64,000 bases of DNA, from assembly GCA_000165425.1 (NCBI GenBank), contig CT868658.1:62001-126000 (forward strand), in the 5' to 3' direction. A program made the position numbers and the translations under genes. Below, piece by piece: positions 41,614 through 57,018 of the stretch. How positions within the stretch are numbered: the stretch's first letter is position 1; every line of letters begins with the position of its first letter. Below the pieces are notes generated by a model. The model searched no databases, was not told the origin of the DNA, and was given only the letters and a program-made list of their open reading frames with translations. This stretch comes from Paramecium tetraurelia. Its lineage: Eukaryota.

Positions 41614-44600
41614 TCAAACGTCACAAATTTTCGGTGATGGGAAATAGTTTTGAGAAGTTTTTTAAGGAATTTCAGGATACCACTTATTTAAACTAGCTGT
41701 CCACCTATTTATATTAATGTATTGTATTACCATACACCATTTTAAGAAAATAAGGATTCAGGGATTTCAGATTCATTTGCATCTATGCATCCTACTAACC
41801 ATGCTAACCATTCAGTTTTAAGGGCCTCTGTAGTTCCTACAATTTCAGATTGTTTATCGTTTGGTACTACAAAAGTGACAGCTGGGTCATCTTTATCAGC
41901 CACATAATATTTGATATGAGCATTTGATGATATCAATTTTTCTTAATAATTTTCTTTATCACCAAAATTTTGAACAAAAATTAAATATTTACTAAGCACT
42001 AGAGCATTAATTTCAATGGCCTCAAAACTATATTCTTCATCAGAGGATTTACCAAACTTAGCTCCAGTACATTCGTTATCTAAATATCCAACCAAACAGT
42101 TTGAAGTATCTGTTGGATTAAAGGACAATTGAAGATCCAAATTAATATCTGGATTATACCATTCTAATACTATCCTAACTTATCCAGATTTTAATTTCTT
42201 AGACATTGGTACAATAGTAACTTCCTTATCTGAGAACTCATAGCAATTTTAAGAATAATCTGGGTGAGTTACGATTAAATTGTATTGAGATCCCTTAACT
42301 AGTCGAGTAAATGTAACCTTTCCATTAGAATCAGTCTTAGCAGTTCCATATACTTAAAATGATCCACAACTACCAACTCTCAAATCAACCTTGGCTGCTT
42401 CTAGATTATTCCAATCCATAACATTAACAACATAAACATCAGTTTAATAATAATTAATCTAAAAAATCTAAGAGAAATCTCCTAATTTGCATTCTCCATT
42501 CACAACTTTATAACCCTATTCACATACAGCACATTTATTTTCTTTAGTACAAATAGCACAATTCTAGATTTTAGTAGTGCATATTTTGTATGCTTATTTG
42601 CATAAACCATTATCAAAAGTGGAGAAAGCATCACAATAATTTTAATCGCACTTTTCCTTTTCTTTTGAGCATTTCAAACATTGACTTTAAGAATAAGGCT
42701 TAGAACATCCATTTTCTGGCAAACAGGATTTATCAGCTTACAATTAATATTCTGCTTAGCAACTAATACATTTATTATTCTTATCACAGAACTTACAAAA
42801 TGGAACATTAGTGCATCCAGTTGGTTAGCACTTCTTTCTGGCATCCAAATATTCACCACTTTTACATCCACCTTCAGTCTTTGCAGCTTCTTTGGGTTAT
42901 TCTTTTGCTGGTTCTTTTGGTTACTCTTTCGCTGGTTCTTTGGGTTACTCTTTAGCTGGCTCTTTGGGTTATTCTTTAGCTGGTTCTTTGGAGGTTGTAC
43001 CACTAGTTGTAGTAGTTGTAGTTGATGTAGGCTTGGCTGGTTCTGTAGTTGTGGTGGTTGTTGTAGGTTTTGTAGTAGTAGTTGCGGTTTCAGCTTGATG
43101 TAAATATGACTTTGGTGGGGGTGCTGTTGTTTAAACTTTAGGTATTGTCACATTTGATCTCAATAAAATAGTACCAAAATTAATTTCTTCTTAGAATTAA
43201 ACCACCTAAGATTGAACATAGTCATCATAACCAATGGCAGCCACAGTTATCAATCCAGTTGTTGGTTAAAAGATTTGAGTGCTATAATCAGCCACATCAA
43301 AAGTTGATATCTATAATTTATATTCTCCCTTTGGAGTGGCTACATCACAAATTGGTTTATCTAATCCCTCTTGACTCCAACAAATCTTGGCCTCCTATAT
43401 TGGATATTGAGTGTATATTATATCTTCTTCCTTTTTTATTTCACCTACCACAAACCCACTCACCTTTGATTTCATTTCCTTGAATAATTAAACCTATATT
43501 GATTCACTGAGTCCTAATTTCCCAGTAAATTTACACCCTCTTTCATCATCCTTATCAAATCCTGTCTTACATGTTGTACACTGTTAATCTTTGCATTCCT
43601 AACAATTAGGAATTTCACATTTTGGTTGAGCTGAAGTTGCCTATGATTTTGGATCAGTACTACCCTTATCAGAAGTAGTAGTAGGACTTCCCTTACTTGG
43701 CTCTGTTGGTTTAGCTGCAGTATCTGCAAAATGAGAAAACATTGAATAATGCCATAAACCTTGCTATTCTTTTCTTCAATTGGAATATCGACAACATTTT
43801 GATATAAATTAATTGAAAGGTCTTTTAAGCCCACTTGATAGCAAACTTAAACATCATCCAAATACTACTATACATACTCCAACTTGCCAATTATAACAAA
43901 GAAATCTAACTCATTACCATCATAATTAGGCCATAAGAATTTAGCAGCAGCCAAAGTTTAATATGTCGTTGCTTCCTTCCTCTTAAATTGTTATACTCCT
44001 TTAACCCACAATCCAAATAAGATATCTAAATAATTACATGAGAATTATACTTGTCTCTTTCTTGCCTGTTTCTACTTTATTCAACGGACAATTAGTTGTC
44101 GATTTACATTCACTACTCAATTCAACCCTGTTACCAACCAATTAGGTAATTGATTAGCACATTCTTGTTTGGATCTTTGCGAATTCCTTTGCTTTCACAG
44201 CTTTGGCAGGCTGATCAAAATTAATCTCCTTTTTCAATGGAATAGGTGTATAATTATTGACTAACAGAAGTACTCCAAAAACTATTGTGCCAATGAATAA
44301 TAATAGGAATAATGTTTCTATGTTTCTACCTAATGTTTTATCCGAATCTTGTTCTTCTTGAAAGGTGGAATTCCAAATAAAATCAAAGCAAATAAAAATA
44401 ATGGAGTTGCCAAAGATAGCATTATTAGAATTATCAAATCTTTTGTGTAAATATTACTGACTGTTTTGCAACAATTCAAATTCAAACATCCTAATGGATG
44501 ATCTGCAGGATCCGTTGTTTATTCCTCCCATCTCTAGACTTGAGCATCACGATCACATGTAGTAGAATAAATTGAGCATTCTTTTTATCCATCTGGACAA

Positions 44601-45539
44601 TTTTAAGTTTAAATGTCTTTAATGCTATTTTGAAGCGCAGAGAGTGTTCGGATAGATAAGATTCTGATAAATTATTCATTTGTTATTAGCAATTTGCAAT
44701 GTTACTGTCTTGCTATTCTTAAAAGTCTCTTATGTATTCAGCTTGGAATCCCAAAAGCACTGGAATTATAAGGATTTGAAGAGCTGCTAATATCATAAGC
44801 AAACCTTTGATTTTCCAAGTGTTTGAAATTACTGCTAGTAATATTAATCCCAATATGATTAAGTTTAAAATAGCACTGATAGGATAGATGTTCATTCCTT
44901 TCAATAAGAATACAGATCCCCAACAAGTCAAGGATACAGCTATACAGAGGAGGTATATATTGAATCGGCTTGTAATTGAGGATATTGTCATCTGATAAAA
45001 GTTGTGTATTGTGTATGTTAATCCAACTACAATTAAGATTGAAAATATCAATATTATGGGTTTCATGACAGATACAACTTTATCGAATTTCTGATAATCG
45101 TTTCCAATTTTCTCTGATTAGTACAACCCTTGGATATAATCACTCGACAATATTATCAGGATGAAGAAAACGAACTCTGCAATTGCCATGAGAATAGTCA
45201 AAAAGAATAACAACCTACATAATTAATTGTATTTACCTCCCGTTAAAGTTATCTGTCAATTCTCCCCATTCATCTTCAGTTGAGGCATAGATAGTTTTTT
45301 TGTTAGTTATTCCAAACTAGAGTTGCGATGCAGATCAACACTATTAGCACATTTATGATAGCATAGCTTAAAGTGATGTAATTTAACACGAATCCATTGA
45401 TAACAAATAACATGATTGCATCTCCCAGGGCCAACAATAATACAATTATAGAAACATATTATTGTATTGTAGTTAATGTCAACTTTTCACTGCGATTGAA
45501 TTCACTTTAAGAAATGAATTACCGACTTTCAAATTCCAT
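41614..45539 (-). CDS. multi-pass membrane protein with large C-terminal ectodomain (Thr-rich stalk, KEPAKEQP repeats, Cys-rich repeats, beta-sandwich domains); several apparent frame breaks in the 5' part
   Basis: Many N-terminal hydrophobic helices, a Cys loop ending GCLNLNCCK, then TTTTKPTTTTTTTEP, (KEPAKEQP)x4, CxxC repeats, AKTDSNGKVTF, VRIVLEWYNPDINLDLQL; ends ...FPSPKICDV-TGA. Confidence 0.7.
42894..42989 (-). repeat. 24-bp coding tandem repeat x4 (KEPAKEQP)
   Basis: Four units AAAGARCCAGCNAAAGARTAACCM with only synonymous variation. Confidence 0.9.
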
Positions 45540-45583
45540 TTTTTATTTTTTTTATTTTTATTAATAACTGTATAGTATTTAAA

Positions 45584-47299
45584 TCAAATTTTAGGTAACT
45601 TCAATTATGAATTAGACATCTGAGGACGACTCGAACTGCTTCGAATCTCCGATGATTTATTAAAATTTTCAGAAGACAGGTTCATTCTCTGCTAAGCACC
45701 TCGATTTCTATTTTGAGGTTGATTAAAACCTAAGGATTAATAAAACTCTTTTGATTTCATGTTTTGTTTCAATTAACTAATCTCAGAAAGAATAGATTGC
45801 TTCTTTTATGGTTTAGGTAATGATCTTATTAATAGTTTCTATTTTACAATTGTCTCCTTGTTCCCTTGGTTTATTTCAACAACTGCCTACTCGTTTGAAT
45901 CCTCAACAATCTATTACTTTAGTTAGGAATCTTAGAGGAACTGCTCCTCCTAATTACCTCTTTGAGTAGAACACTCTGATTATTAAGTTTTCAAAAGCCT
46001 TCTCAAATACTAAGCTCTTATATTGTCCATCTATTCATTTTATTCTGTGACAAATTTGATGAATTCAGTTTCAGCCATAATATTTTCATCCCTCTAGTCC
46101 TCATCACTTATTTTGTTAACAATTTCATCTTCATCATCCTAGAATCCCTGAACCCTAAGTATGGCTTTTAGCCTCTCCTCAGTTACAATGCCCTCTTCAT
46201 TATCCAAATCAGACATATGATAATTATTTACATCTATATCCAATTCCTACAATTTCTCCTTCAAAGCTATCACTTCCTATTTTATGTATTGACCAGGTTT
46301 GCCTACTTCTCTACCATTAATCAATTCCAACCAAGGACAATCAACTATGAATTTGTCTTCGTATTCCCGACTAGAAAATGGATTTCCTTGAAACTGGATA
46401 TCGATTAAATTTGACATCAATTTTAAAAAGTCAACACAGTTTTCTGCATAGATCTAATTTGATTACACATATAGATTAGTCAAATATGGGAACTTAAATT
46501 CTAACACTCTTAAGTCATCTATCTGATTATAACTAAGATCCAGAATATTAAGATTTTCATTCTAGTTTTCAATTTTCAACACACTAATCTAATTGTAAGA
46601 TAGATTCAGTTCTTCCAATTCAGTTATTGTATCAATAAATTGAGTATCACTAATTCGATTATTACTAGCATCAAGAATCTTCAATTTTTTTGTATTACTG
46701 AATGATCCCTTTAAAGTACATATTTTATTTCTTCTAATATTCAATTCCTCCAACTAAGATAGTAATTACGAAAATCTTACTTAAACGTTGAAAACCAAAA
46801 AATCTATTTTCTCTATTAGATTTCCTCCTAGATTCAAATATCTCAGGTCTTTAAGGTTATTGAGGAAATCAATCTAATATAATAAAATATTTACTACTTT
46901 AAGCAATTTATTGTTTTCTAAATTCAAATGCTAAATTAATTTGCTTCCCAATATTAGCCCTGTTATCCTATTAAACGATAGATCCAATTTTAATAATTTT
47001 TGTAATTGAATTTTATGCACTCCTTCTAATTCATTATTGGAAACCCCCAAATTCTCCAGTATAGCAGAATCTATATTATCAATCAAAGAATTATAATATC
47101 AATATACTCTTTTTAGTAGGTTATGATGCAATTCCAAAGTCTGCACCAATTTCATATGGTCTTTAATGCATTAATTGATGTCCGTCATACCTAAATTAGC
47201 CACCCCTTAATTACCTAATATGTTTAATCTGAGAGTCTTCCCTCCATCATCCAATTTTGCCATTACTAGTTCTATGGTTATCGGTTGCTCCTCTGACAT
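45584..47299 (-). CDS. leucine-rich repeat protein (SDS22-like repeats)
   Basis: MSEEQPITIELVMAKL..., repeated LxxLxLxxNxI motifs (LLKLDLSFNRI, LRYLNLGGNLI, LEELNIRRNKI, LEELNLSYNQI, LNILDLSYNQI). Confidence 0.85.
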
Positions 47300-47542
47300 A
47301 CGAGTATTTAAATTAAATAATATAAATATATAACTTAATGAATAAATTGAAAGTAGCTGTTCACTGTGATATTTATGTATAATTCTACTAATCTCTTGTG
47401 TCCCATTCATTCCCTCCTCTCGGACAACCCTAAAATATTTCTTAATTTTTGGATTTGCTTTGCCAATCCCTTATTATTTTTGTCTAGAGTAGATTATTAT
47501 TAATTAGTTTATTAAATAGTTTTCTTAGAATTTATTAAATAG

Positions 47543-49144
47543 ATGAGACAGCGTTAGAAGACTCACACTTACTTATACAAACAAATTTGTAAACATTTGA
47601 ATGTGCCTTGTTCATCTGGATTACTGAATGGCATTTAAGAGACAGAAATAGTTTTAATTTTAGAACAAATTGGGTTGTAGGGTACGAAAATGAAAAATTA
47701 ATAGATATCGAACCACTTCAATTATTGTTGGCATAATGTAAATTTAAATCAATCATACTGAAAAGTATGTAGAAGAACTTAAAACTAAACAAATCAATGG
47801 CTCATGACAATTATAAAAATGAATTGCTAGAGATTTTGAGAGTGATTACCAAGTTATTCACCAAGAGTTTGGATGTGATAACATTTGTAATTCGAGACAT
47901 AAGGATGAGCAGTGAGCATATGCAAATAATTTCTTAGGGCATAGCAGTAGTATAGTCATTAAAGGAGCTACGGATTATATAGTGTCTGATGACCTCAAAT
48001 CATTTCAGTATACTGTAACCATCTCTAATTTAGAATTCATCTCTTCAAGTTATAGATTTTTCTCATAATTATCTTACACATCAAATTGGAGTAATGTTGG
48101 GCTAATTGCTACAAGAACATAGTAAGAGGAGAGACAGTGTCGATTACTTGTATAGAACGAAGGGTGAGTGTCCTGAAGAAGACATATCTAAGATTGGAAT
48201 AGGAGAATTGGATTTATCATACAATAAATTGAATGATCAATTTGTTAAGGATGTGGTGCCTTATTTGGAAAGAGACAGATGGATTAAATCAATAAATTTG
48301 AAATACAATGCTATTTAAAAAGAGGGATTCGAACTCCTAATACAATTACTAGACAAAAATACTACTATCATTGGTTTAGATACTCGAAGAAATCTAGGAA
48401 CTACCCAGATAATTCCAGAAGGAGATTCTCAGAAAACTAATTAGAAACAAAAACACTAAGAATGATTTGCATGAACAAAGAATAGAAGAGGAGAATGAGA
48501 ATATTTTAGTGAATGTTTCTGCCATTCCTTAGAATCTTTTATCTGTCATATCTGATCAAGAAAGTCCAGTTATGTCATTTGGAGTGTTCGAGCCCAACAA
48601 TCTAACTAAACAGATGTCTATATCTGGACGTCAAGATCAATTAAAGTTTAAGTCTGGCTATAAGAATAATGACTCAGGATGTATGGATTGCATTCGATTG
48701 CAAATAAAAGTGAAGAAACAATAATAAATTATTTAATTACTTAAACAAGAAGTGTAATATCTTAGATTTCAACTGTAAACAAAGCAACAACCTTAATAGT
48801 AATAATAATAATAACAATAGTAATAATAATAGACAATGAACTTCTTAAATTTATCAGATAATAACAATCAGCATCCACCACCACATGAAGTGGAATAAGA
48901 GGATATGTTGAATAGAATAGAATACATGATGAATGAATTAACTAGAATGATGGATGGTTTAGATGCTCAAGGAAGTGTAACCAATAATTTGAATGCTCAT
49001 CTGTCAAGTACACTTATTGGATAAGATTACACTAGAGTAATCTGCGAGAGAGATGACAGGGCTAATGATTTCATGAATATCTTGGGAGAGAATAGCCAAA
49101 ACAATTAATCAGAATCCTCAGAAGATGAAGCTAAATCATAATGA
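47543..49144 (+). CDS. RNI-like LRR protein (possibly CEP78-like) with Q-rich coiled-coil C-terminus; apparent +1 frame break near 48414
   Basis: LQVIDFSHNYL, ELDLSYNKLND, IKSINLKYNAI, DKNTTIIGLDTRRN; the downstream +1 frame continues to TGA at 49142-49144. Confidence 0.7.
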
Positions 49145-49175
49145 TAATAATTTTGATTTTTGATAAATTAATATA

Positions 49176-49527
49176 TCATTAGAAATCTTCTGATTATTAT
49201 TCTGTAGGTTGTTGTTTTGGAAGGTTTTGCAACTCCATTTCTGCTTCTCTGATTTCCTGTGAATTAATCCATTCATCAACATTCTGTTATCTTTGAACTT
49301 GGGAGTATTCACTATTATAACTGATAGCAAAGAATATCGCATAGAGCTTTTTGTTATGGATGATTAGGTACCACTGCTGTTATAAACAATGCAAAAGCTC
49401 CCTCGATTCTGCTGTGAGGGACAACATAAACAGTTTCAGATCCTATTGCAATCATGAATCCCAAATAGGTCATAAACACACAACCAGGAGCTGAAATAAA
49501 CATGCAATATTATGCACAGGATACCAT
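49176..49527 (-). CDS. small two-TM protein resembling RNASEK / V-ATPase subunit f
   Basis: MVSCAQYCMFISAPGCVFMTYLGFMI...GAFALFITAVLYAIFFAI: Cys-x3-Cys lead-in, two TM helices and an F-I-x-A-x-L-Y second-helix pattern; one 25-nt intron. Family call is by eye. Confidence 0.6.
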
Positions 49528-49588
49528 GTATAAATAATTTTGAAATTATTTTACTTTTTTAATAATAAAATAAAAGAGTATATTATAA

Positions 49589-50377
49589 TCAAAGTCTTTT
49601 GAGCAATAATCTATTTATCCTTATTTTATTTTGCTGTCTCTAATGTTCGTATCTATGTATATCCAATTGAACTCGAACATTTTGAAATTTCTTTTGATCT
49701 TGATAAAATCTCATATCACTGTGGATTTATTGATTTTACCATTCATTGGACAACTTAATTGCCTTCATATTCTAATGCGGAATGTCATTTTTAGCTCTCT
49801 AATACAAAATCTCACTAATTCTTGGTGTCTAAAAAGAACTCTGCTTTTCTCTGTCTGATTCCAAAGTGCACTTTGAACCGAAATCTAATTTAGTCGCAAA
49901 TAAATCCTTGGTTTCAAACATGTCAAAGTTGAATGTCTCCTTTTGCTTGTATTCTTTATTAAAAGTATTTCTGCTTTCTTCTTTTTCTTCGAAGGATTAT
50001 GATTGTCTTTGGAGGAAAGATTATTGCTTCTTGGATTTTTGATGTACTTTTTAGATTTTTTGATTTTCATGGTAGGCCTTCAGACTGCTGTGATTGCTTC
50101 GTACATTCACAGACTTCGAAATTGGGTTGAGTTATTTAGGAATGAAATCTTTATTCCTTTTGTACAAGATATAAGATGAAGGAATCTCACACCTTTTAAT
50201 AATCTCATCAACAACACTGCCCTATATCTGTGGTTCCAATCTAACAGATTGATGTATGATTCTCGATTGTCTATTCTATGTTCTATCAATAAAACCACAA
50301 GGTTTCTTATTGGATGGTGACCCAGGTTAGATCTATAGAAAAGGCAATATATATGTATTTATAAAATTTTGATCCAT
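49589..50377 (-). CDS. hypothetical protein (262 aa, intronless)
   Basis: Continuous 789-nt ciliate-code frame MDQNFINTYILPFLQIQPGSPS... to ...RINRLLLKRL-TGA. Confidence 0.55.
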
Positions 50378-50402
50378 AATATTTATAAGGCAAAAATGAT
50401 TA

Positions 50403-51787
<1,385 letters not shown>

Positions 51788-52676
51788 TTTAAGTAAATAT
51801 AAATATTAAATAATTATTATAATTTCATTCTCTATACTTCTCTCTTAGGAACATTTTTCCTTCCGAAAAATAAAGATTTAGTATTAGAAGCTAATCAATT
51901 ACAAACATCGAGTATAATATCAAAAGGACTATAATTAATATATCAATGCGTTTCATAAGAAGATATTTATGTAAGAAACCCATGAGGATATTACATATAT
52001 GTTAATAATCTTTCAAAATAATCAAAATAAAACTATATCTATTTAAAATGATAAATTTATAAACAAATTTACATTAAAATTCTTCCAATTAAATTATCAC
52101 ACCTTATTCTAATTTATGTTTTGTGTAAAAATAGGAAGAATTTCACAAAATAAAATATCTAATCTTCAACATATATATTTGAAATATTATTAAAATTACT
52201 TAAACAAAAAGTAGATTAATAAAATGTAAGAATTCATATAGAAATACTGCAATTATAGGTTTTATTTAAGTCTCATAAGGTTGTATAAAATTTTATTGTT
52301 TTTATGATCCTTTTTTACATTTTAATATCCATAAAACGTAATTTTAAATTTGAGCCGATCAAATGAATGTGTTACACATTTTATGAGTTATAATTATTGT
52401 TATTATGTCATGATAATCTGTAAAACGATTTTGAGCTAATTTTCATCTAAAAAGTATTTTAGAATTAAATTAAATAATTTAATTTTGATTAAGAGTTTAT
52501 GTCTGAATCAATTATAACGTGTTTTTAATGACACTTAATTTAGTAAGATTTGAATTCTTCTTAAAGAATGTTGATGTTTTCTGACACTTAATTTATAAAA
52601 TCAATTTATTGAATTAATTGGGGGGTTATGATTGATGATTAATTGATATGCTACATAATTGTTCGTTTTGGATTTA

Positions 52677-53812
52677 ATGATAAAAATACAAAACAAGTAT
52701 AGCTACTCAGAAGATGATCTAATCGGAGTTGGAGCCTATTCTAGGGTTTATAAGGGTTTAATCGACAAGACCTAAGAGTTCGTTGCTATAAAAGGTTTAA
52801 ATTCAACATCATTTCTAGTTATTGATTGGAGTAAGGTTTAAGATAAATACTATGTTTCTGGGTTTTAGAGGGAGGTTCGAATACTGAGAGATTTAGATCA
52901 TTAAAACATAGTTAAAATCATTGAGATGTTCCACGACGCCAGTTAGAATAGAGAATATCTCATAATGGAATATTGCGATAGTCAAAATCTCAAGTCCTTC
53001 CTTTATCAATCTGGAGGAGTTCTGAGCGAAAACGTAGCAAAAATAGTCTTGTAGCAATTGTTGACTGCTCTCAATGAACTAATAAAGAAAGAGTACTTGC
53101 ATAGAGACATCAAACCAGAGAACATCTTGATTCACTAAAGGACTTTGAAATTAGCAGATTTTGGATTCTCTGTAAAGGCAGATTATTCTGGCAATCAACT
53201 TTTTAGAGAAAATGTAGGCACACCATTGTATATGGCTCCATAAATACTTGAAAATAAACACTATTCGACGAAATGTGACATCTGGTCCATAGGAATTATG
53301 ACTTATCAAATGATAACTGGGGATTATCCTTGGATGGGTGATGATCCTACTCAACTTTTGAAATCCATAAAATCGTAAAAATTATCTTTTCCTTCACAAA
53401 TCTAAATATCGAATGAATTCAAAGAATTTATAATAAATTGTTTACAATTTGAAGAAAAAAATCGATACAATTGGGATGATTTATTAGATCATAAAATATT
53501 TAAAACTAAATATGTAATACAAAAGAATTAAATAAAACTCGAACAACTCTAAGTATTATCATATGTAAATTTAAGTTAGCAATCGATGAATTAAGATAGG
53601 CTCAGAAAAAAAGAGGAACTCCTTTGGAACAATTATTCACAAATTTAGATATGGATGGCGATAAGAAGCTGACTTTCGAAGAATTTTAGGTGTTGTTACT
53701 GTATGTTGACAAACAAATGGAGATAAATATTTAAAAAGGAATCTTTTATAAGTACAATGTTAGCAAGAATAACTTACTTAATTTTAATGAATTTAGCAGG
53801 ATATTTCATTGA
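52677..53812 (+). CDS. Ser/Thr kinase (ULK/CAMK-like) with C-terminal EF-hand pair
   Basis: [55 protein letters not shown]-hand DMDGDKKLTFEEF; two tiny introns. Confidence 0.9.
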
Positions 53813-53965
53813 TCTTCATCATTTTATTTGTAACATTTACTAAATAATTAATTTTATTTAATTATGCTTAAGGTATTTAGATGTCTCTAGAAGACAGGAA
53901 TTTAATATTGAATTTCACTCAAAAATATTAGCCATTTTATAGTTGACTTAATAATTATTAAATTT

Positions 53966-56753
53966 ATGTAATTAATGTAATAATTTTTTATTAATGAGCT
54001 TCAAAAGAAACCACTTCCAGATATTCTGATGATATAATTTATTTAAGCTCTTTAGTTTCCTGAACAGATTGAATAATTGAATTTCAGTCAAATTGAGCAA
54101 TATTTACAATAATTGTCCATTTTGATCTCTGAAAAAAATGATTAAAAATGTTGGATTTATTTTGGATTGCTATTAAGATAGATGCTAAATTAGAGAAATT
54201 AAATGAGCATCGAATAATATAATAGATGTGCTATAAACACCTTTGTTTTAATTATTCAAATATTGAACATTCATATTACTTCTGAATATATTGAAAACAT
54301 CTTAACAGCGTATTATGAATTCATAGATAGAGTAGATGATTAATTTTGGATATTTCTAGCATGGTAATTCAGAAATGCTTCCAATAATATCAATCAATTA
54401 GAGCTATTAAAACACTTAGTAATTTCTTAATCGTAAAGAAATGAATTTTTGGACATATTAATTCTAAAGATCAAAATTGAAATTGAAAAACCAATTACTA
54501 ACATTAAAATTCATAAAGTTATCATATCCTCATTGCAGGTTGTCTTAGAAAGAAATCCATATCAAATAATATCATAGAATTTATTAAATTATATGACTAC
54601 AATTTTAGCAAGTGATATAATAAATAAAGAATCAATCAAATCGATTTATTATGTGATCGGATTAATAGATTCTTTTTTTGAGCATTAGCATTTAGTATAA
54701 TGTGATTCTAAGCAATATGATTAATTTACACAATATTTATTCTAATATTTGCTAAATTAGATTGAACAAATAAATTGGTAAATTTATAATCATTAAAGTA
54801 TAAATAAGGAGAATTAAAAAGAAAACTTTAAATTGCTAACTAAATTGTGTTAAAATCATTATTCTCTCAGATTATTTAAAAATAATAAAGAAAAACTCTT
54901 GCACTTAATTTACACTTAATTATCAAATTACATAGAATTATATAATCAAGTGTAAAATGAGGACACGCCTAATGAACTGATAGATCTCATTAGTAAACAA
55001 GAAAGTGACACATATTTGTGTTCGATAGTCAGATTATTTGTGGCTATGTGTTCCTATGTTCGTTAATTTACATATATCGGATATCTACTTTGCGCTCAAG
55101 TGTTAAATACAATTTTTTAAGTCGAAATGCAACAGATCAACATTGTAAAAAATTAAGTTGCATTTTATTATGATCCTCAGGAAATCAACAACATAAATTA
55201 GATCATCAAAGTAAATCAAACTTTACCTATCACATAATTATAAGCATCTTTGATTTTGCTTACTTCTATGAAAATATTTATAGTCGATCAAGAGTTTACT
55301 CTAAAAAAACTAGAAAACTTACTAAGAATACATTTAAATAATTTAACTTCGTAGATGGGTAACTCCAGTTTCAAAATTATATTTATGCTCTTTTTACAAA
55401 AATACTAAAAAAAGATATTTAAATAAGAACAAGATGAAGATTTCAACATTTAATATTTAAAATATATTTTATAGTAGATTACAACTGAGAATGTTGAAAC
55501 AGCAACCGCTATTTCAGTTTTTTAGATGATGACAAAATCTTCATCCAATTACACTCTTTTGGAGAATACGATACAACACCTGAATCCATATATACAGAAC
55601 ATCATTTCTAAAACTACAGATATTGATTTTTTTGAATCACTAATAAATTTAGCAAAAGTGCATAAAACATTTTTCCATAATTATTCTGAGAGTTACTTGA
55701 TTGTTTTGTAATAGAGAATAATTATTGAAATAAACAATTTAAATAATCATGCTGTGATAAAGATGTTATAAACCTTTAGAGCAATTTATAAAATATGGCC
55801 CTAAGAGGAAACCTATAATTCTCAATTAGATGTTTGGAAGTTAATGGCATATTTACCTCAATCGAAAAGAAATTCTTTTGATGAAGAACTTGTTGAAATT
55901 TCAAAGATCTTTCTTAAATATTATTGTAAGCTTATTGTTCTATTATAATTTTAGAAGATAAATGTCAATACGAATTTGTCATACAATTTGTCATCTATTA
56001 ATTAAAAATGTACCTGTAACAGGCTCCATATATAAAATTCTTAGCCGCTTTCAATAAGGAACAATACTAATTTATAGCTGATGAAATGCCGCAATTATTG
56101 TATGAAGTAATAGTTTTGATATTTTATAATAGATTTTCATCATATGTTTGAAGTGTATAGAGATGAATTATTTGATCAAAAAGGTAAGAAAAATCTGCAG
56201 AAGCATATCTTTGTATACTGATTTATTCTTCAAGTAAGAATTTTAAGTTCTTATTTAAAATCATATTGCTTAAACCTAAAATTAAAGTTAGACTGTCTTT
56301 TTAATTTGCTATTTGTGTATGAGTAATTAACAAGAGACAGAGAAATACCATGATGAATTAGTGAATCGTATTTTAGAAATCTAAGAGCATAATGTAACTT
56401 TATAAAATTAAGCTGATATTTTCGATTGTTGTTATGCTTTGATAAAGTTATATGAGTACACTTTAGAGAATTTTGATAAATCTCAATATCAATACATTCA
56501 AAATATATTTTTTAAGTTAATAGATCTATTGCATTCTTGTTTATTGCTTGATGATAAAGAGAGTGAATAGAAAAATATCACTTTAAATGAAACTTATGAT
56601 TTATTTCAAAAAATGATATACAAAATTTAATCAAAACTACTACCCAAATACTTGGATGGATAATATGAATACGAATTTAAATTGCAATAATTAATGTAAG
56701 CTAAGGCATAATTTGGCTTAATAAATACCATATACAAACAATTTAAAAAATGA
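53966..56753 (+). CDS. large alpha-helical hypothetical protein (ARM/HEAT-like, possibly a divergent importin-beta family member)
   Basis: Long open ciliate-code frame rich in L/I/Q helices with two tiny introns; segment ELYNQVQNEDTPNELIDLISKQESD is reminiscent of importin acidic loops. Both ends uncertain. Confidence 0.6.
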
Positions 56754-57018
56754 ATATTTATTATTATAGTGTATAAACGTGTTATTAAATTATTTAATTG
56801 AATCTAATAATTAATCAGATTGAATTTCTTTCCTGTATTAAGATAATTTATATATTTTGGGTTTTTAAAGTTAATGAACTTGAAGAAGCAGAAGAAACTA
56901 TGAATAAGAGATCTGGATACGGAGATTTATAATTTGATGAACTTAGATCATTTATTGAGATTCAGATTATAATAGATTTATGAGTTGATTAGGAAATATA
57001 TATAAAAATATATATTCT

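Noticed and set aside
42891..42990. Recurrent TTTGGGTT resembling Paramecium telomeric repeats
   Set aside because: It recurs with a 24-bp period and is the antisense of the coding KEPAKEQP repeat, not a tandem hexamer array.
42674..43098. ORF-track proteins on the + strand and an alternative - frame over the repeat region
   Set aside because: Shadow frames of the Thr-rich/KEPAKEQP coding sequence.
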